Positions 52,233 through 64,000 of a stretch of 64,000 bases of DNA are shown piece by piece (the stretch's first letter is position 1; each line of letters begins with the position of its first letter). The translations under genes and the position numbers were made by a program. The DNA is taken from assembly GCA_951406725.2 (NCBI GenBank), contig OX597816.1, positions 136,524,001 to 136,588,000 on the forward strand, in the 5' to 3' direction. This DNA is from Octopus vulgaris (taxonomy: Eukaryota). The notes beneath the pieces were generated by a model. That model was not told the origin of the DNA. It did not search any database and saw nothing but the letters and a program-made list of their open reading frames with translations.

Positions 52233-53776
52233 TCATCCAAGATGGAGATGAACACCAGTGTCCCATGCCTTAGGCTTGAAGATTGTTAAAAGATATACCT
52301 CTCCTGGCATGAAACCAATAGTAGCCTGTTTAACTCACAAATATAGTATATATTATATATTTTGAATTAAAAGCAGTTCCAATAATGTAAAATTCACCAA
52401 CGTCACATACTTAATGTTTGTCTCATTTATACACTTATTAACTGTAGGATATCTTCCAGGGAAAAGTCCTTTTAACACTGGCTGTCATAAAGTGATGTTT
52501 CACTGGATAAAATCCTGCAGCTAACAAGCATATAAACAAAACACATACATTAAGTATGTGACATCAGTTTTTTATCGTGTGTGTGTGTGTGTGTGTGTGA
52601 TCATCATTTAGCATCTGTTTCCCATGTTACCATGAGTTGGAAAGTGTGACAGGATCCAATGAGTCATTGGGTTGCATCATGTTCATCAGCTGGGTGCCCT
52701 TACTAATGCCAACTACCTTACAGAGCATATTGGGGTCTTTTTTTTTATTATGCCACCAGTAGTACTAGTAGTGTTGCCAGGTAACTTGCAAGTCAGATGT
52801 GAACAAGTAAAATAAAAAAAATGGGGAAAAGGCAGAAGCCCTTTGATCTAAGTGGGGTTAGAATTTGAGAGAGTAGAAAAGAGTGGTGATTTTAAACCTG
52901 ATCACCTCTCTGAAAGTTCCACAATGGCAGTCAACCATTATTAAGATTAGCATCTTGAATTATAGCAACCTTCTAGTCTGATTGGTCTGAACTCATATTT
53001 TACACTCTTCTAATAATAGGTTATCTCGAGGAACCTAGTTGATGCTAATCATCCACAATTATATGGTACTGACTAGTGTTCATCGGTAACTGAGTACAGA
53101 ATGTAGATCTCTATGAGCTACTAATGATGCAGCTCTTTTGGTATGTTTTGTGCTAGTCAGTGTCAGGTGGAAGAGAGAAAGAAGGAGAGAGAGTAATCTG
53201 ATCTATTGTTGAATATGTTTCAGTGTTAGTGAATGGTACGACATGTAGCTGCCATTAATTGTACTCATTGAATGTCTAAATATACTTATAATTTGAATCC
53301 ATTTGATGGTATTTTGTGTTTTATTACTGTTAACAGTTTCCAAAGTTTGATTCCTAATATTTCAAGTTTTTATCTTTGGTTACCTGCCAAACATCAGTGT
53401 CTATGTGATGCCACTCACTCTGAGTTAGATTTCTCTTTATACCAATTATGTTTCCAATCACAACATCATAACAGAAACTAGCTGTCCTGCTCCTCTCACC
53501 CACTCTGTCTCTTTAGTGTTATCCTAGCCAACAATTCTTATGACATGTCAACAAGTGCATGTTGCAAGGGTTAACCATGATGCTCTATACCAGCCATGGG
53601 CAAACTACAACCTGTGGCACTTTCTGAATATCATGTCTAATGCAAAATTACCTTCAATTTTTTTAGTAGTGCAACTTGCCTAATGATGAGCTATGTATCA
53701 CGCAGGTGCTTCTCCAAAATGGTCCACCCATGCTTGCTCTGTACAGTTGCTGGACCTGCTAGAAATAAAAGTCACA

Positions 53777-54008
53777 AGGCGGTGAGCTGGCAGAAACGTT
53801 AGCACTTGGGGCGAAATGCTTAGCAGTATTTCTTCTGCCGCTGCATTCTGAGTTCAAATTCCGCCAAGGTCGACTTTGCCTTTCATCCTTTTGGGGTCGA
53901 TCAAATAAGTACCAGTTACGTACAATGGTCGATATAATCAACTTAATCCGTTTGTCTGTCCTTGTTTGTCCCCTCTGAGTGTAGCCCCTAGTGAGCAGTA
54001 AAGAAATA
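53777..54008 (+). mobile_element. tRNA-derived SINE family B, young copy with a 16-bp TSD
   Basis: Head ggcggtgagctggcagaa, B-box gagttcaaattcc, central gcctttcatccttttggggtcgat; TSD agaaataaaagtcaca at 53761-53776 and 54009-54024. Confidence 0.88.
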
Positions 54009-54247
54009 AGAAATAAAAGTCACATCTTTTATCAAATTTTGCCTCACCATCTTTAAAAGAAAGAAAGATATATTGAGACGTTGCAGTCCTTAATACACTG
54101 TTTGAATAAAAAAGGAGATTGTTATAAATGGAGCCTTTTGATAATAGGTGTGCTGGATCAGGGTTAGCTTGAGACTGAACAATTATTTTTGTATTGTTGC
54201 CTGTTTTATTTCTCTTTCATTTAACAAAAAATGTTGTTTAATTACAG

Positions 54248-54481
54248 GGTGATGAAGGACCAAGTTCTGCACGGCCTGGTAAACCAACTTCTGCTCCATC
54301 AAATAACAGCAGTTCCCAGAGCAGCACTGCCAAAACATCTACAGATAAAACTGTTTCCAAATCTGGCACAGAGGTCCCTGCTAATGTGGTCATACCTAAA
54401 CTTACTCGGAAAGTGCACTGGCCATGCCGTGTTGGTGATGAAGCATTTACCTCCTTGAAAGTCAGTAAAGAACATAAAGAG
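54248..54481 (+). CDS. WAPL: WAPL coding exon GDEGPSSARPGKPTSAPSNNSSSQSSTAKTSTDKTVSKSGTEVPANVVIPKLTRKVHWPCRVGDEAFTSLKVSKEHKE (phase 0-0)
   Basis: ttacag acceptor ending 54247, gtatgt donor at 54482, 234 nt open. C-terminal FTSLKVSKEHKE resembles vertebrate VTALKCRREDKE, which precedes the WAPL domain. Phase-compatible with both neighbours. Confidence 0.88.
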
Positions 54482-56245
54482 GTATGTTATTTTTCTTATT
54501 TTAATTTGCCTTTTTTATGATTAATGTGAGATTCTTTGTGTCTATGTATACATAAGGTGTAGGCGTGGCTGTGTGGTAAGAGGTTTACTTCCCAACCACA
54601 TGTTTCTGGGCTCAGCCCCACTGTGTGGCATCTTGGGCAAGTGTTTCTACAAAGCCTCGAGCTGACCAAAGCCTTGTGAGTGGATTTGGTAGAAATTTGA
54701 AAGAAATCCAGTGTGTGTGTGTGTGTGTGTGTGTGTCACCACCACTCACAACTGGTGTTGGTGTGTTTACATCCCTGTAACTTAGCAGTTTGACAAATGA
54801 GAATGATAGAATAAGTACCAGGCTTAAAAAAAAAAAATGTATTGGGGTCAATTCATTTGACTAAAATCCTTCAAGGTGGCACCCCAGCATGTCTGCAGTC
54901 TAATGACTAAAACAAGTCAAATATAAATGATAAAAGCACCTCCAACTAAGGGAGCTTCTTATGTCATTGCTTGACCTGTTAAAAAGTAGAAGTCAAATCA
55001 TCCTAAAACCCTATAGCACCTTCTGAATAAACAGTGATATTTTGGGCATACATACATATAATATACAATGTACAAAAAGACAAACGATCGCAGATTGTAA
55101 CACCTTTGATCATAGGTGTACTCAGTCATTGCTGCCCTCGAGCTAACCATTATCAACAGCACACCCACACATACATGCACACTCCCACACATGCAATCAC
55201 ACCTACATGTCCACACATACACACACAGCTTGCTTTATCCTTCCTAACATTATAACATCATTTCATTGAAATTTCTCATTGAACATTTCTTGTGGTGAGC
55301 TGGCGGAATCACTAGCACACTGGACAAAATGCTTAGCAATATTTTCATCTGTCGCTATGTTCTGAGTTCAAATTCCACCAAAGTTCACTTTGCCTCTCAT
55401 CCTTTCAAGGTCGATAAATTAAGCACCTTGTGAAACATTGGGGTCAATGTAATTGACTAGTCCCCTCCTCCAAAATTTCAGGCCTTTAATAGAAAGGATT
55501 ATTCCACCTAACAAGGCAGCTCAGTTGTCAAACTTCAGTGTCTTTTAATAGTCTTATCGTAAAGAGTGGATTAAACTAATATGCAACTCTTTCTTCTTTT
55601 CTACCAATTTAACTTCTTTTTTTTTTTGATACCAACTCATCTGAGACTACTCCATTTTAAAGTGATTTAAATTAAGACTGTCTATCAAAAAACTTGATGT
55701 AAATTCATGTTCCTGACACCAACTTACTAACGACAGAAGTTATTTTACTAAATTCTTAATTAATATTCAGATCCACAGAAATAACAGCAGTATATTTTCA
55801 ACAGAAATATAGTTGCGAAATGGTTTTTACCTGCATGGCTCAGTGGTTAGAGCATTGGGCTTGCAATCATGAGGTAGTGAGTTTGATTCCCAGACAGGGC
55901 TATGTGTTGTGTTCTTGAACAAGACACTTTATTTCACAGTGCTCCAGTTCATTCAGTTGTAGAAATGAGTTGCGACATCTCTGGTACCAAGCTGTATCAG
56001 CCTTTGCCTTTCCCTTGGATGGTATAGAGAGGGGAGACTGGTATGCGTGGGCAACTGCTGGCCTTCTATAAACAACCTTGCCCAGACTTGTGCCACGGAG
56101 GGTGGCTTTCTTGGTGCAATCCCAAGATCATTCATGACTGAAGGAGGTCTTTACTTTTTACAGTTTTAAAAACTTTATTATTTTTTTTTTTGGTCTAACC
56201 AAGAGAAATCCTTATTTTGTTCTTACCTCATTCTGTTTCCTCCAG

Positions 56246-56382
56246 CTATTCACGGTTGTACGGAATGTAAAAGAGGCTCATGAAGTTCAAGAATCTGGTG
56301 AGACGCAAGAATTTATGGATGATGTAGAATATTTGTTGGCTGGTCTTGGTGATACACAGCCTATGTCCACCCGGTGTCTAAG
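56246..56382 (+). CDS. WAPL: WAPL coding exon [45 protein letters not shown](S), start of the conserved WAPL domain (phase 0-2)
   Basis: ttctgtttcctccag acceptor and ag|gtaaga donor. Strong similarity to vertebrate [46 protein letters not shown] (recalled). The next exon was not found inside the window. Confidence 0.95.
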
Positions 56383-57609
56383 GTAAGATTCATGGAATGA
56401 AATTTTTATCATTTTTGAAATTGGTCCTATGAATACCATATTTTAAAATTAAACATCAATAATACATAATATTTGTTGTAATTATTTTATATATCAGGTA
56501 TGGCTGTGTGGTAAGAAGTTTGATTCCCAACCACATGGTTTTCGGTTCAGTTCAATTGCATGGCACCTTGGGCAAGTGCCTTCTAATATAGCCCTGGGCT
56601 AACCAAAGCCTTGTGAGTGGATTTGGTAGCCAGAAACTGAAAGATTTCTTGTGTGTGTATGTGTATGTCTTCGTGTTTGTATCTGTGCCTACCCCTATGA
56701 CACTGATAAGATAAATACCATACTTAGGAAAAATAAGTACTGGCGTCAATTTGTTTTACTAAGGTGCCCCAGCATGGTCACAGTCCAATGAATGAAGCAA
56801 GTAAAAGATGAAAGATTATTTTATATATCATAATTGTCATGGCTGTGTAGTAAGAAGCTTGCTTCCTAACCCTAAGGTTCCAGGTTCAGTCCTGCTGCAT
56901 GGCACCTTAGGTAAGTGTCTTCTACTATAGCCTCAGGCCAACCAAAGCCTTGTGAGTGGATTTGGTAGATGGAAACTGAAAGAAGCCCATCATGTGTGTG
57001 TTTGTGTTGATGTGTTGATGTCCCCATAACTTAGCAGTTGGCAAAAAGGGACCATTGGAATAAGTATCAACCTTAACAATTAAAGCACTGAGGTTGATTC
57101 ATTCAACTAAGAATTCTTGAAGGTGGTGCCCCAGCATGGCCACAGTCTAATGACTGAAACAAGTAAAGGATAAGAGATAAAAGATCCTAGTCATTATTTA
57201 TTCCACTGAACATATTGGCTGTTGTGACATCTGAAGCATGTGATCAGCCATTCTGGCACAGGCATGAGTTTAGAGCTTTACTGCAGCTGTTTGTGTTATA
57301 CCCTAAAGTGAGCCACGTCACTCCTCCTTTCATAGTTGAGTGGTTAGCAATAGCAAAGGCATCATTCCAGCTGTAAAAGCAATTACCCTAACAAATACAT
57401 CATGTAATCCATGCTAGCATAGGAAAAAATGAAAGCAAAACAGTAAACAAAAAAAAAACTTTTTCAATTGTTGCTTTTGTTATCATCAACATCAACAGCA
57501 ACACCACCACCACCATCATCATCATCATTATTATAAGCTTTAATAAAAGAAGCCTGTCGTGTGTGTATGTATGTGAATGTGTATGTATATATATGTGCGT
57601 GTGTCTTTA

Positions 57610-57983
57610 TGTCTATTGTCCTACCACCACCACCGCTTGACTGCTGGTGCTGGTATGTTTACATCCTTGTAACTTAGCGGTTCAGCAAAAAGAGACCATT
57701 GGAATAAGTACCAAGCTTTAAAAAAATGAATCCTGGGGTAGATTTGTTTGACTAAAACACTTCAAGGCGGTGCCCCAACATGACCACAGTCAAACGTGTC
57801 TATTGTCCTACCACCACCACCGCTTGACTGCTGGTGCTGGTATGTTTACATCCTTGTAACTTAGCGGTTCATCAAAAAGAGACCATTGGAATAAGTACCA
57901 AGCTTTAAAAAAATAAATCCTGGGGTAGATTTGTTCAACTAAAACACTTCAAGGCGGTGCTCCAACATGACCACAGTCAAACG
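57610..57983 (+). repeat. 187-bp tandem duplication within a SINE
   Basis: 57610-57796 and 57797-57983 differ at about 5 positions. Confidence 0.9.
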
Positions 57984-58389
57984 ACTGAAACAAGTAAAAG
58001 AGTATAGTCTCGAGCCAACCAAAGCCTTGTGAGTGGATTTGGTAGATAGAAACTGAAAGAAGCCTGTTGTATAAATATGTGTGTTTATGTGTCTGTGTTT
58101 GTCCCCCCAACATCGCTTGACAACCGATGCTGATGTGTTTACATCCCTGTAACTTAGCAGTTCAGCAAAGACACTGATAGAATAAGAACTAAGCTTACAA
58201 AGACTAAGTCCTGGGGTCAATTTGATTGGCTAAAGATGGTGCTCTAGCATGGTCACAGTCAAATGACTGAAACAAATAAAAGAATAAAGCCCTCAAAGTC
58301 ATTACAAAACAGTAATCACTACAATCTACAATGATCCCTTATGTTAATCAAAAACTGCATCAATAAAAAAAATTTTTTTTTTGAAATTT

Positions 58390-58760
58390 GAGAAAAAGGG
58401 TTTCCTTTTCAGAGCCCAGGACATCATACTTCAGCTTTCATCAGTTACTGACCTTCTACAAAGCTTACCTGCTCACATATCTGGGGCAACTGTTGCTGCC
58501 GCCGCACACAACAGTCTAGACTGCATCCTAAACAACACTGTCTGTTTGGTTGGTAATGATTCACTCACCAACACATCACAATTGCTGATTCACATGTTTG
58601 CCTTTTCTTCTTTGTTCTTCTGCTAATGTTACTACCAGAGCACCACAGCCTTTGTTCTTCCTCTTGACTTTAACTAAGCTCTGTACTAATGCTACCTAAG
58701 CCTGGTTTCCCTTTCTTCATCTCCACCATGTTTCATTTTTTCCAGATCCTATACTTAATA
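58390..58760 (+). mobile_element. Decayed CR1/Jockey-type LINE 3' region (similar remnant at ~9650-10000)
   Basis: LLTFYK..AHIWG..SLDCILNNTVCLVGNDSLTNTSQLLIH..SSLFF resembles a LINE RT C-terminus; the 9.7-kb copy reads ILDCIQRK..LMNTLQPLVH. Confidence 0.5.
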
Positions 58761-61700
58761 CTTGGTCCCTATCTTTCCTTATTATTACATTCTTCTTACG
58801 CTCCCATATTTTCTTCATAAACTACCCTTCAGATGGTTGAAGTGAATATCTAAATTATATGGCCCATAGTTAAGAAGCTTACTTCCCAACCATGTGGTCT
58901 CAGGTTCTGTCCCATAGTATGGCATCTTGGGCAAGTGTCTCCTATTATAGCGCCTTGTGAGTGATTTGATAGATGGAAACTGAAGGAAGTTCAATGTGTG
59001 GGAGTGTGTGTGTTTGTGTGTACCCTTGTCTTAGCATCATGTAATGGTTGTACATAAGCATCACTATCTTACAAGTGGTGGTGTCACCCATTTCCAAACT
59101 TCCATGGAAAACATGTCTAGTTGTGAAGAAATATAACTTTGTTTGGAAATAAGTAAATTGGTGACAGAAAGGGCAACATGCCCATAGAAAATCTTCCTCA
59201 ACAAATTCTGTTTGACCCATGAAAGCATGAAAGAGTGAACATGATGATGATGATGATAACGGCGATGGCTGCCGTGGTGATTGAGCTTTTTTTTTTATAA
59301 ATGGCATGTGGGGAAGGATATACTTTCTTCCCAGTAAAAGAAGAGATAAGTAGATGTGGTGGATGTACACCCAGATTGGATATAACTGCAATGATGTGCT
59401 GTCTTCATTATTCACTAACATCATTATCATAACATTAACGTCTGTTTTCTATGCTGACATGGTATGAACAGCTTGACAGGAACTGACCAGGCCAGGGGCT
59501 GCACCAGGTTACATAGTCTGTTTTGGCTTGGTTTCTATGGCTGGATACCCTTCCTAGCACCAACAGTTTACAGAATGTACTGAGTGCTTTTTTTACATGG
59601 GTACCATCACCATATTACATGGCACCAGCACTATATTTCCAGAATTCTCATCCAGAAAAGTACAGCATGGTTACTTCAGCTTTTAAATGACCATCTCCAT
59701 GATAATCTTGTTAGGGAGAATATCATCATCATCATATCTGAAATTCAGACAATTAAGTTTGATGATTCATAAAATCTAATTATTATTTAACCATCTAGCC
59801 TTCTGATTACTCTGTCAAATGTAATGCTTATTTATTCATATTGTTTTGAATTAATCATACATTATCTCATAGCTTTGAGATTTGAATTTTGTGAATGTTT
59901 ATTTTACAGAATGACATTGTAGGTAGGTATGAGAGGCTGGATCCAACAAGTTTGGACATAAACCAGGGAAAATATTTGGGCTTGATATGGCTGGTTTAAA
60001 TACTAAAGAGTTAGAATAGATTCATGTAATTTTTAAAAAAATTATTTTTATAGAAATCTTTTGCTTTTACAATCTTGCTCAGTAAGTTGAGAGTAATGTT
60101 GCAGATATTGTAATATAGTTGTAGGTAGTTAAGACTTAGTCATTCTACTTCAGTTGTGATCCATTTCTTAATTTTGCTGTTAGTGTATTGCAGTTTGGTC
60201 TGGTTAACAAACATGTGGTCAGTTACGTAATTGTATAGTCTGTTTAGTAAATCATCAGAAGTCATTTTAATGATCAGTTTATTGCAATTGTGGTTAGCTC
60301 AGTATGGTTATAATTAGTTAGTACAATTGGCATCATAAATACAGGCTTAGCTGTGTCGTAAGAAGTTTACTTCCCAACTGCATGGTTTATATATATATAA
60401 GAAGGTAAAGACCCCTTTCAATCATAAACGACCATGGGATTGTACCTAGAAAGTTACCCTCCGAGGCACAAGTCTAAGCAAGGCTGGTTATAGATGACCA
60501 GCAGTTGCCCATGCATACCAGCCTCCCACCTCCATGTCACCAAGGTTATCTAAGGGAAAGGCAAAAGGCAATACAGCTTGGCACCAGTGACATTACAACT
60601 CATTTCTACAACTGAGTGAACTGGAACAATGTAAAATAAAGTGTCTTGCTCAAGAACACAACGCACAGCTTGGTCTGCGAATCAAACTCGATACCTCATG
60701 GTTGTGAGCCAAACACTCTAATCACTGAGCCATGTACCTTCACTTCATGTGTGTGTGAGTATGTATGGTCATGGAGGCTATCTATGTGTATTTGTGTTTG
60801 TCTCCCACCACCACTTGACAACTGGTGTTGGTTTGTTTACTTTGTAATTTGGCAAAAGAGATCATTAGAATATATAATGGGATTGATTCATTTGACTAAA
60901 ATTCTTCAAGGCGATGCTCCAGCATGGCCATAGTCCAATGACTGAAACAAGTAAAAGATAGAAGATTAAGAGATAACTTTGTCTGAGAAGAAATGATTAG
61001 TACTGATGACCTTTGCATGCCTCCCCAAACAGATATACTGGTGTAGTTGATGTGTAGTTCAGTTTGAATGTCTATTGGCCAATATTTGCTGGAAAACTAT
61101 GGGCAGGAAAAAAATTCTAAAGTTGTATGCAAAATGTTTCTCGCAGGGTCTGAGAGGCGAAACAAAGTAAGAGTAGACAGGAAGATGACATATAGTTGGG
61201 ATGGGGTGAATTGCTACGGATGAAGAGGATATGAAGCTAGCTTATTCAGAGAAGCAAAGGTCATCGTAGTAGCAGAAAAGAGGCAGACAGAGAAAGCCAT
61301 ACATTGATGACCCATCGGGTATGCTTTCATGAATGAATTATTCTCAGTCATTTTGATGGCCTTTGTATTTAGTCTACGATGTTTGTATATACAGTACAAC
61401 AGTTATGAGTAAGCTTCAATGTGGGTTGTTACTCGTGCTTTTTTTTTATAAGGTCAGCAGCTGATCAGGTATTTCCTAACCTTAAACAGGAAACTTGGTC
61501 TTTAAGATGCAGTTGTAGCAATGTTATATGTATACACACAATTTGTATGTGTGTGCGCGCACATGCATGTATCTATGAAAAATCAGCTGAGATTTTCAAG
61601 ACTAGCATTTGTAGCAATTTTAGTAGTTTTACTTGTATGGCTAGAGAGAATGAGATACATGACAGTTTCTTTGATATGTTTAGTGATTTAGTCTGTCTGT

Positions 61701-63390
61701 TGTTGGAGGTGACAGAGTTGTTTACATCCTCATTAAGGGATTTTTTTTTTTTAACCCTTTAGCATCTAAACCAACCATATTCCAGATATTCTACCTGTTT
61801 TATATTCAAACTGGCCAGATCCAGCCTCTTAGACCTACCTTACAATGCCATTCTAAAAATAAACTATTACACCATCAAAATCTTGAAGCTACAAATAATG
61901 CATGATTAATTCAAAACAATGTGAATAAATGAGCCTTACATTTGACTGGGTAATTCTGAATGCTAAAGAGTTTAACACTTCATGATCTCGTGTGGAGTGT
62001 CTAAGTTGTGTATCAAAGGTTAAAGAGTAAAGTAGGGTATCATATCCCATAGGGTCATTATTGTTCTATGTAAGTGTAAAGGGCTGCAAAATTTTTACTC
62101 TGAACCATTTTTTACTTATGGACCCCTTGGTTACTATTTTATTCAGGTGGACCCCTATAGCTACTCAGTGTGTAAAAGTTAGTTTTATAGATACTTATTA
62201 AAAATTCCTATTTTGTTTTATATATGTTTGCAATAACACTTATTGAGGGAACATGGAAAACATTACAGAAAGAAACCTGTTTCTTGCAATAAATATGTCT
62301 AAAGCCAAAATGTTTTCCTGGACACTTAAAATACTACTTTGGATGCCGAATTTACTATTTTGCTTGTGTGGACCCCAGTTAAGTACCGCCACTCTAGATG
62401 TCCACAATTAAGAATTACCACATGCCACACATTAAAGAATTCTTTTGTTTCATTATCAATACCAAGCATTAATTGCCTTCACTAGTTAACACTTAGTTCC
62501 TTTTATTTAGATAAATTACATTGAAGGCATGAATAGCAACAATGTGGAGAAATTCTTATGACTGGAATTTAAATAGTAGTTAATGTTAGGTATTGTTAAA
62601 GAAATAGAGGGAGGAGTTGGGAGATGCAGTGTGGTGGTATGGACTTGTAATGAAAAAGGATTCTGTAGAATTAATTAGCTTATTATTGTTTGCAGGCAAT
62701 AAATGTAAGGTTTGCCACAAGTATTTCGAGGAAAATAAAAATAAGTAGTTTCATTTTTTTCTGGGACCAGCAGAAGAATTGGATAGCTTCGGGACAGTTG
62801 TTGATACTTATCCTGCGGGCTTTCCATCTATAACCCTTCATGTGTTTTTCTTCTATCCAAAGAGCTCAGGATCACATTAGCCAACATTCATTTTAAGACA
62901 GCAGGGAGTGGATTTTAGGAAGATTTGGCTGCTTCTTTTAGCAGATTTACTGTTAAGTCAATGCTCTCTCATTAGTTTGAAATTTGTGAGGGGCTGTGGA
63001 TTCCCACCCCCACCCCCTCATTTGTTGGGCACTGGACTACATAGGCCATCTGAGCCCAGTGAGATTGATGCTGTTATATCAAACATTTACAAGGAGATTA
63101 TGAAAGACCAACATTCTGGGAAGTGATGAGTGAACATGGTGGTTAGTATGGAACCATTTTGTAGAAATTGTAGGTGCTGACATAGCTGTGTGCTAAGAAG
63201 TTTGCTTTTGCTCCCTAACCACATGGTTTCGGGTTCAGTCCCACTGCATGGCACCCTTGGTAAGTGTCTTCTACTGTAGCCACGAGCCAACCAAAGCCTT
63301 GTGAGTGGATTTAGTAGACAGAAACTATAAAAAACATGTGGTACATATATTTATATGTGTGTGTTTGTGTACCACGCATGCACACACATA

Positions 63391-63581
63391 CAGAGTCTGC
63401 CCAAAAAATGTATTCACACTTCAGGAAAGGAAAAATCTCTATAAATATTTTAATTCAGTATTATTGCAATTTACTCAGTGTGAAAGAGGCATCTATATTT
63501 ATAGAGGCACTTATACTAGTCAAATATTTATACAGATTTTTCCTTTCCTGAAATCTGTATACATTTTTGGGGAAGTCTTTG
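63391..63581. mobile_element. Tc1/mariner-type MITE with ~60-bp TIRs, inserted in a SINE
   Basis: TA TSD; aaaatgtattcacacttcaggaaaggaaaaatctctataaatattt is mirrored by aaatatttatacagatttttcctttcctgaaatctgtatacatttt. Confidence 0.8.
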
Positions 63582-64000
63582 TAGTGTGTGTATGTGTGTG
63601 TGCATGTGCTAGTGTCTCCCTACCTCGGCATCACATGGTAGTTGTAAATCAGTGTCAACATCATGTCCTTTGTTTTCAGTCTTCCATGAAAACGTATCAG
63701 CCCAGGGGTGAAATATTTATCTTACTTGGGAGACCAGTGAGGGTTGATGACAGAAAAGGCATCCAGCCGCAAAAATCTGTCTCAACAAATTCTATCCATT
63801 CCATGTAAGCATAGCAAAGTAGATGTTAAAACAACAACAGAAGGCAGGAGAGAGGGGTGGAAGAGGCAGGATTGTCATCATATTTATGTTCTTTCTAATT
63901 ACCAAAAGTTTCTTTGCACATTTGAAGTGATTACATAGCAGAAGATTGATATGCCTGCATAATTTCCTCACTAAATTCTGTACCACCATCAATGCCATCC

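Noticed and set aside
54231-54458. ORF-track 75-aa ORF
   Set aside because: Wrong frame over the real WAPL exon 54248-54481.
62761-63126. Protein-like short frames (GPAEELDSFGTVVDTYP; SEPSEIDAVISNIYKEIMK)
   Set aside because: No match to the expected next WAPL exon, no clear splice sites, and no family recognised.

Overview
AT-rich, repeat-dense eukaryotic DNA, most likely octopus/coleoid cephalopod (inferred from the SINE, MITE and microsatellite repertoire). The window lies inside one + strand gene, WAPL (wings apart-like, cohesin release factor). Three well-supported coding exons were found by hand at 3297-3365, 54248-54481 and 56246-56382, plus a possible exon at 12-59; none is captured correctly by the ORF track. 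A ~50.9-kb intron (3366-54247) is filled with tRNA-derived SINEs, TTAA-specific piggyBac-type MITEs, Tc1/mariner and Tigger relics, RTE, CR1/Jockey and Dong/R4 LINE fragments, minisatellites and microsatellites. The main unexplained signal is a set of hammerhead-ribozyme-like motifs: one with a complete core at 18864-18906 (- strand) and several with one or more core changes, some in short (TA)n-flanked Penelope/retrozyme-like elements. Also notable are an (ATT)n-targeting nest of a ~550-bp unclassified element, a ~1-kb foldback element with a nested MITE, and inverted 28-bp minisatellite arrays. Nearly all listed ORFs are microsatellite or SINE artefacts. All alignments and folds were done by eye, and most repeat boundaries are approximate.
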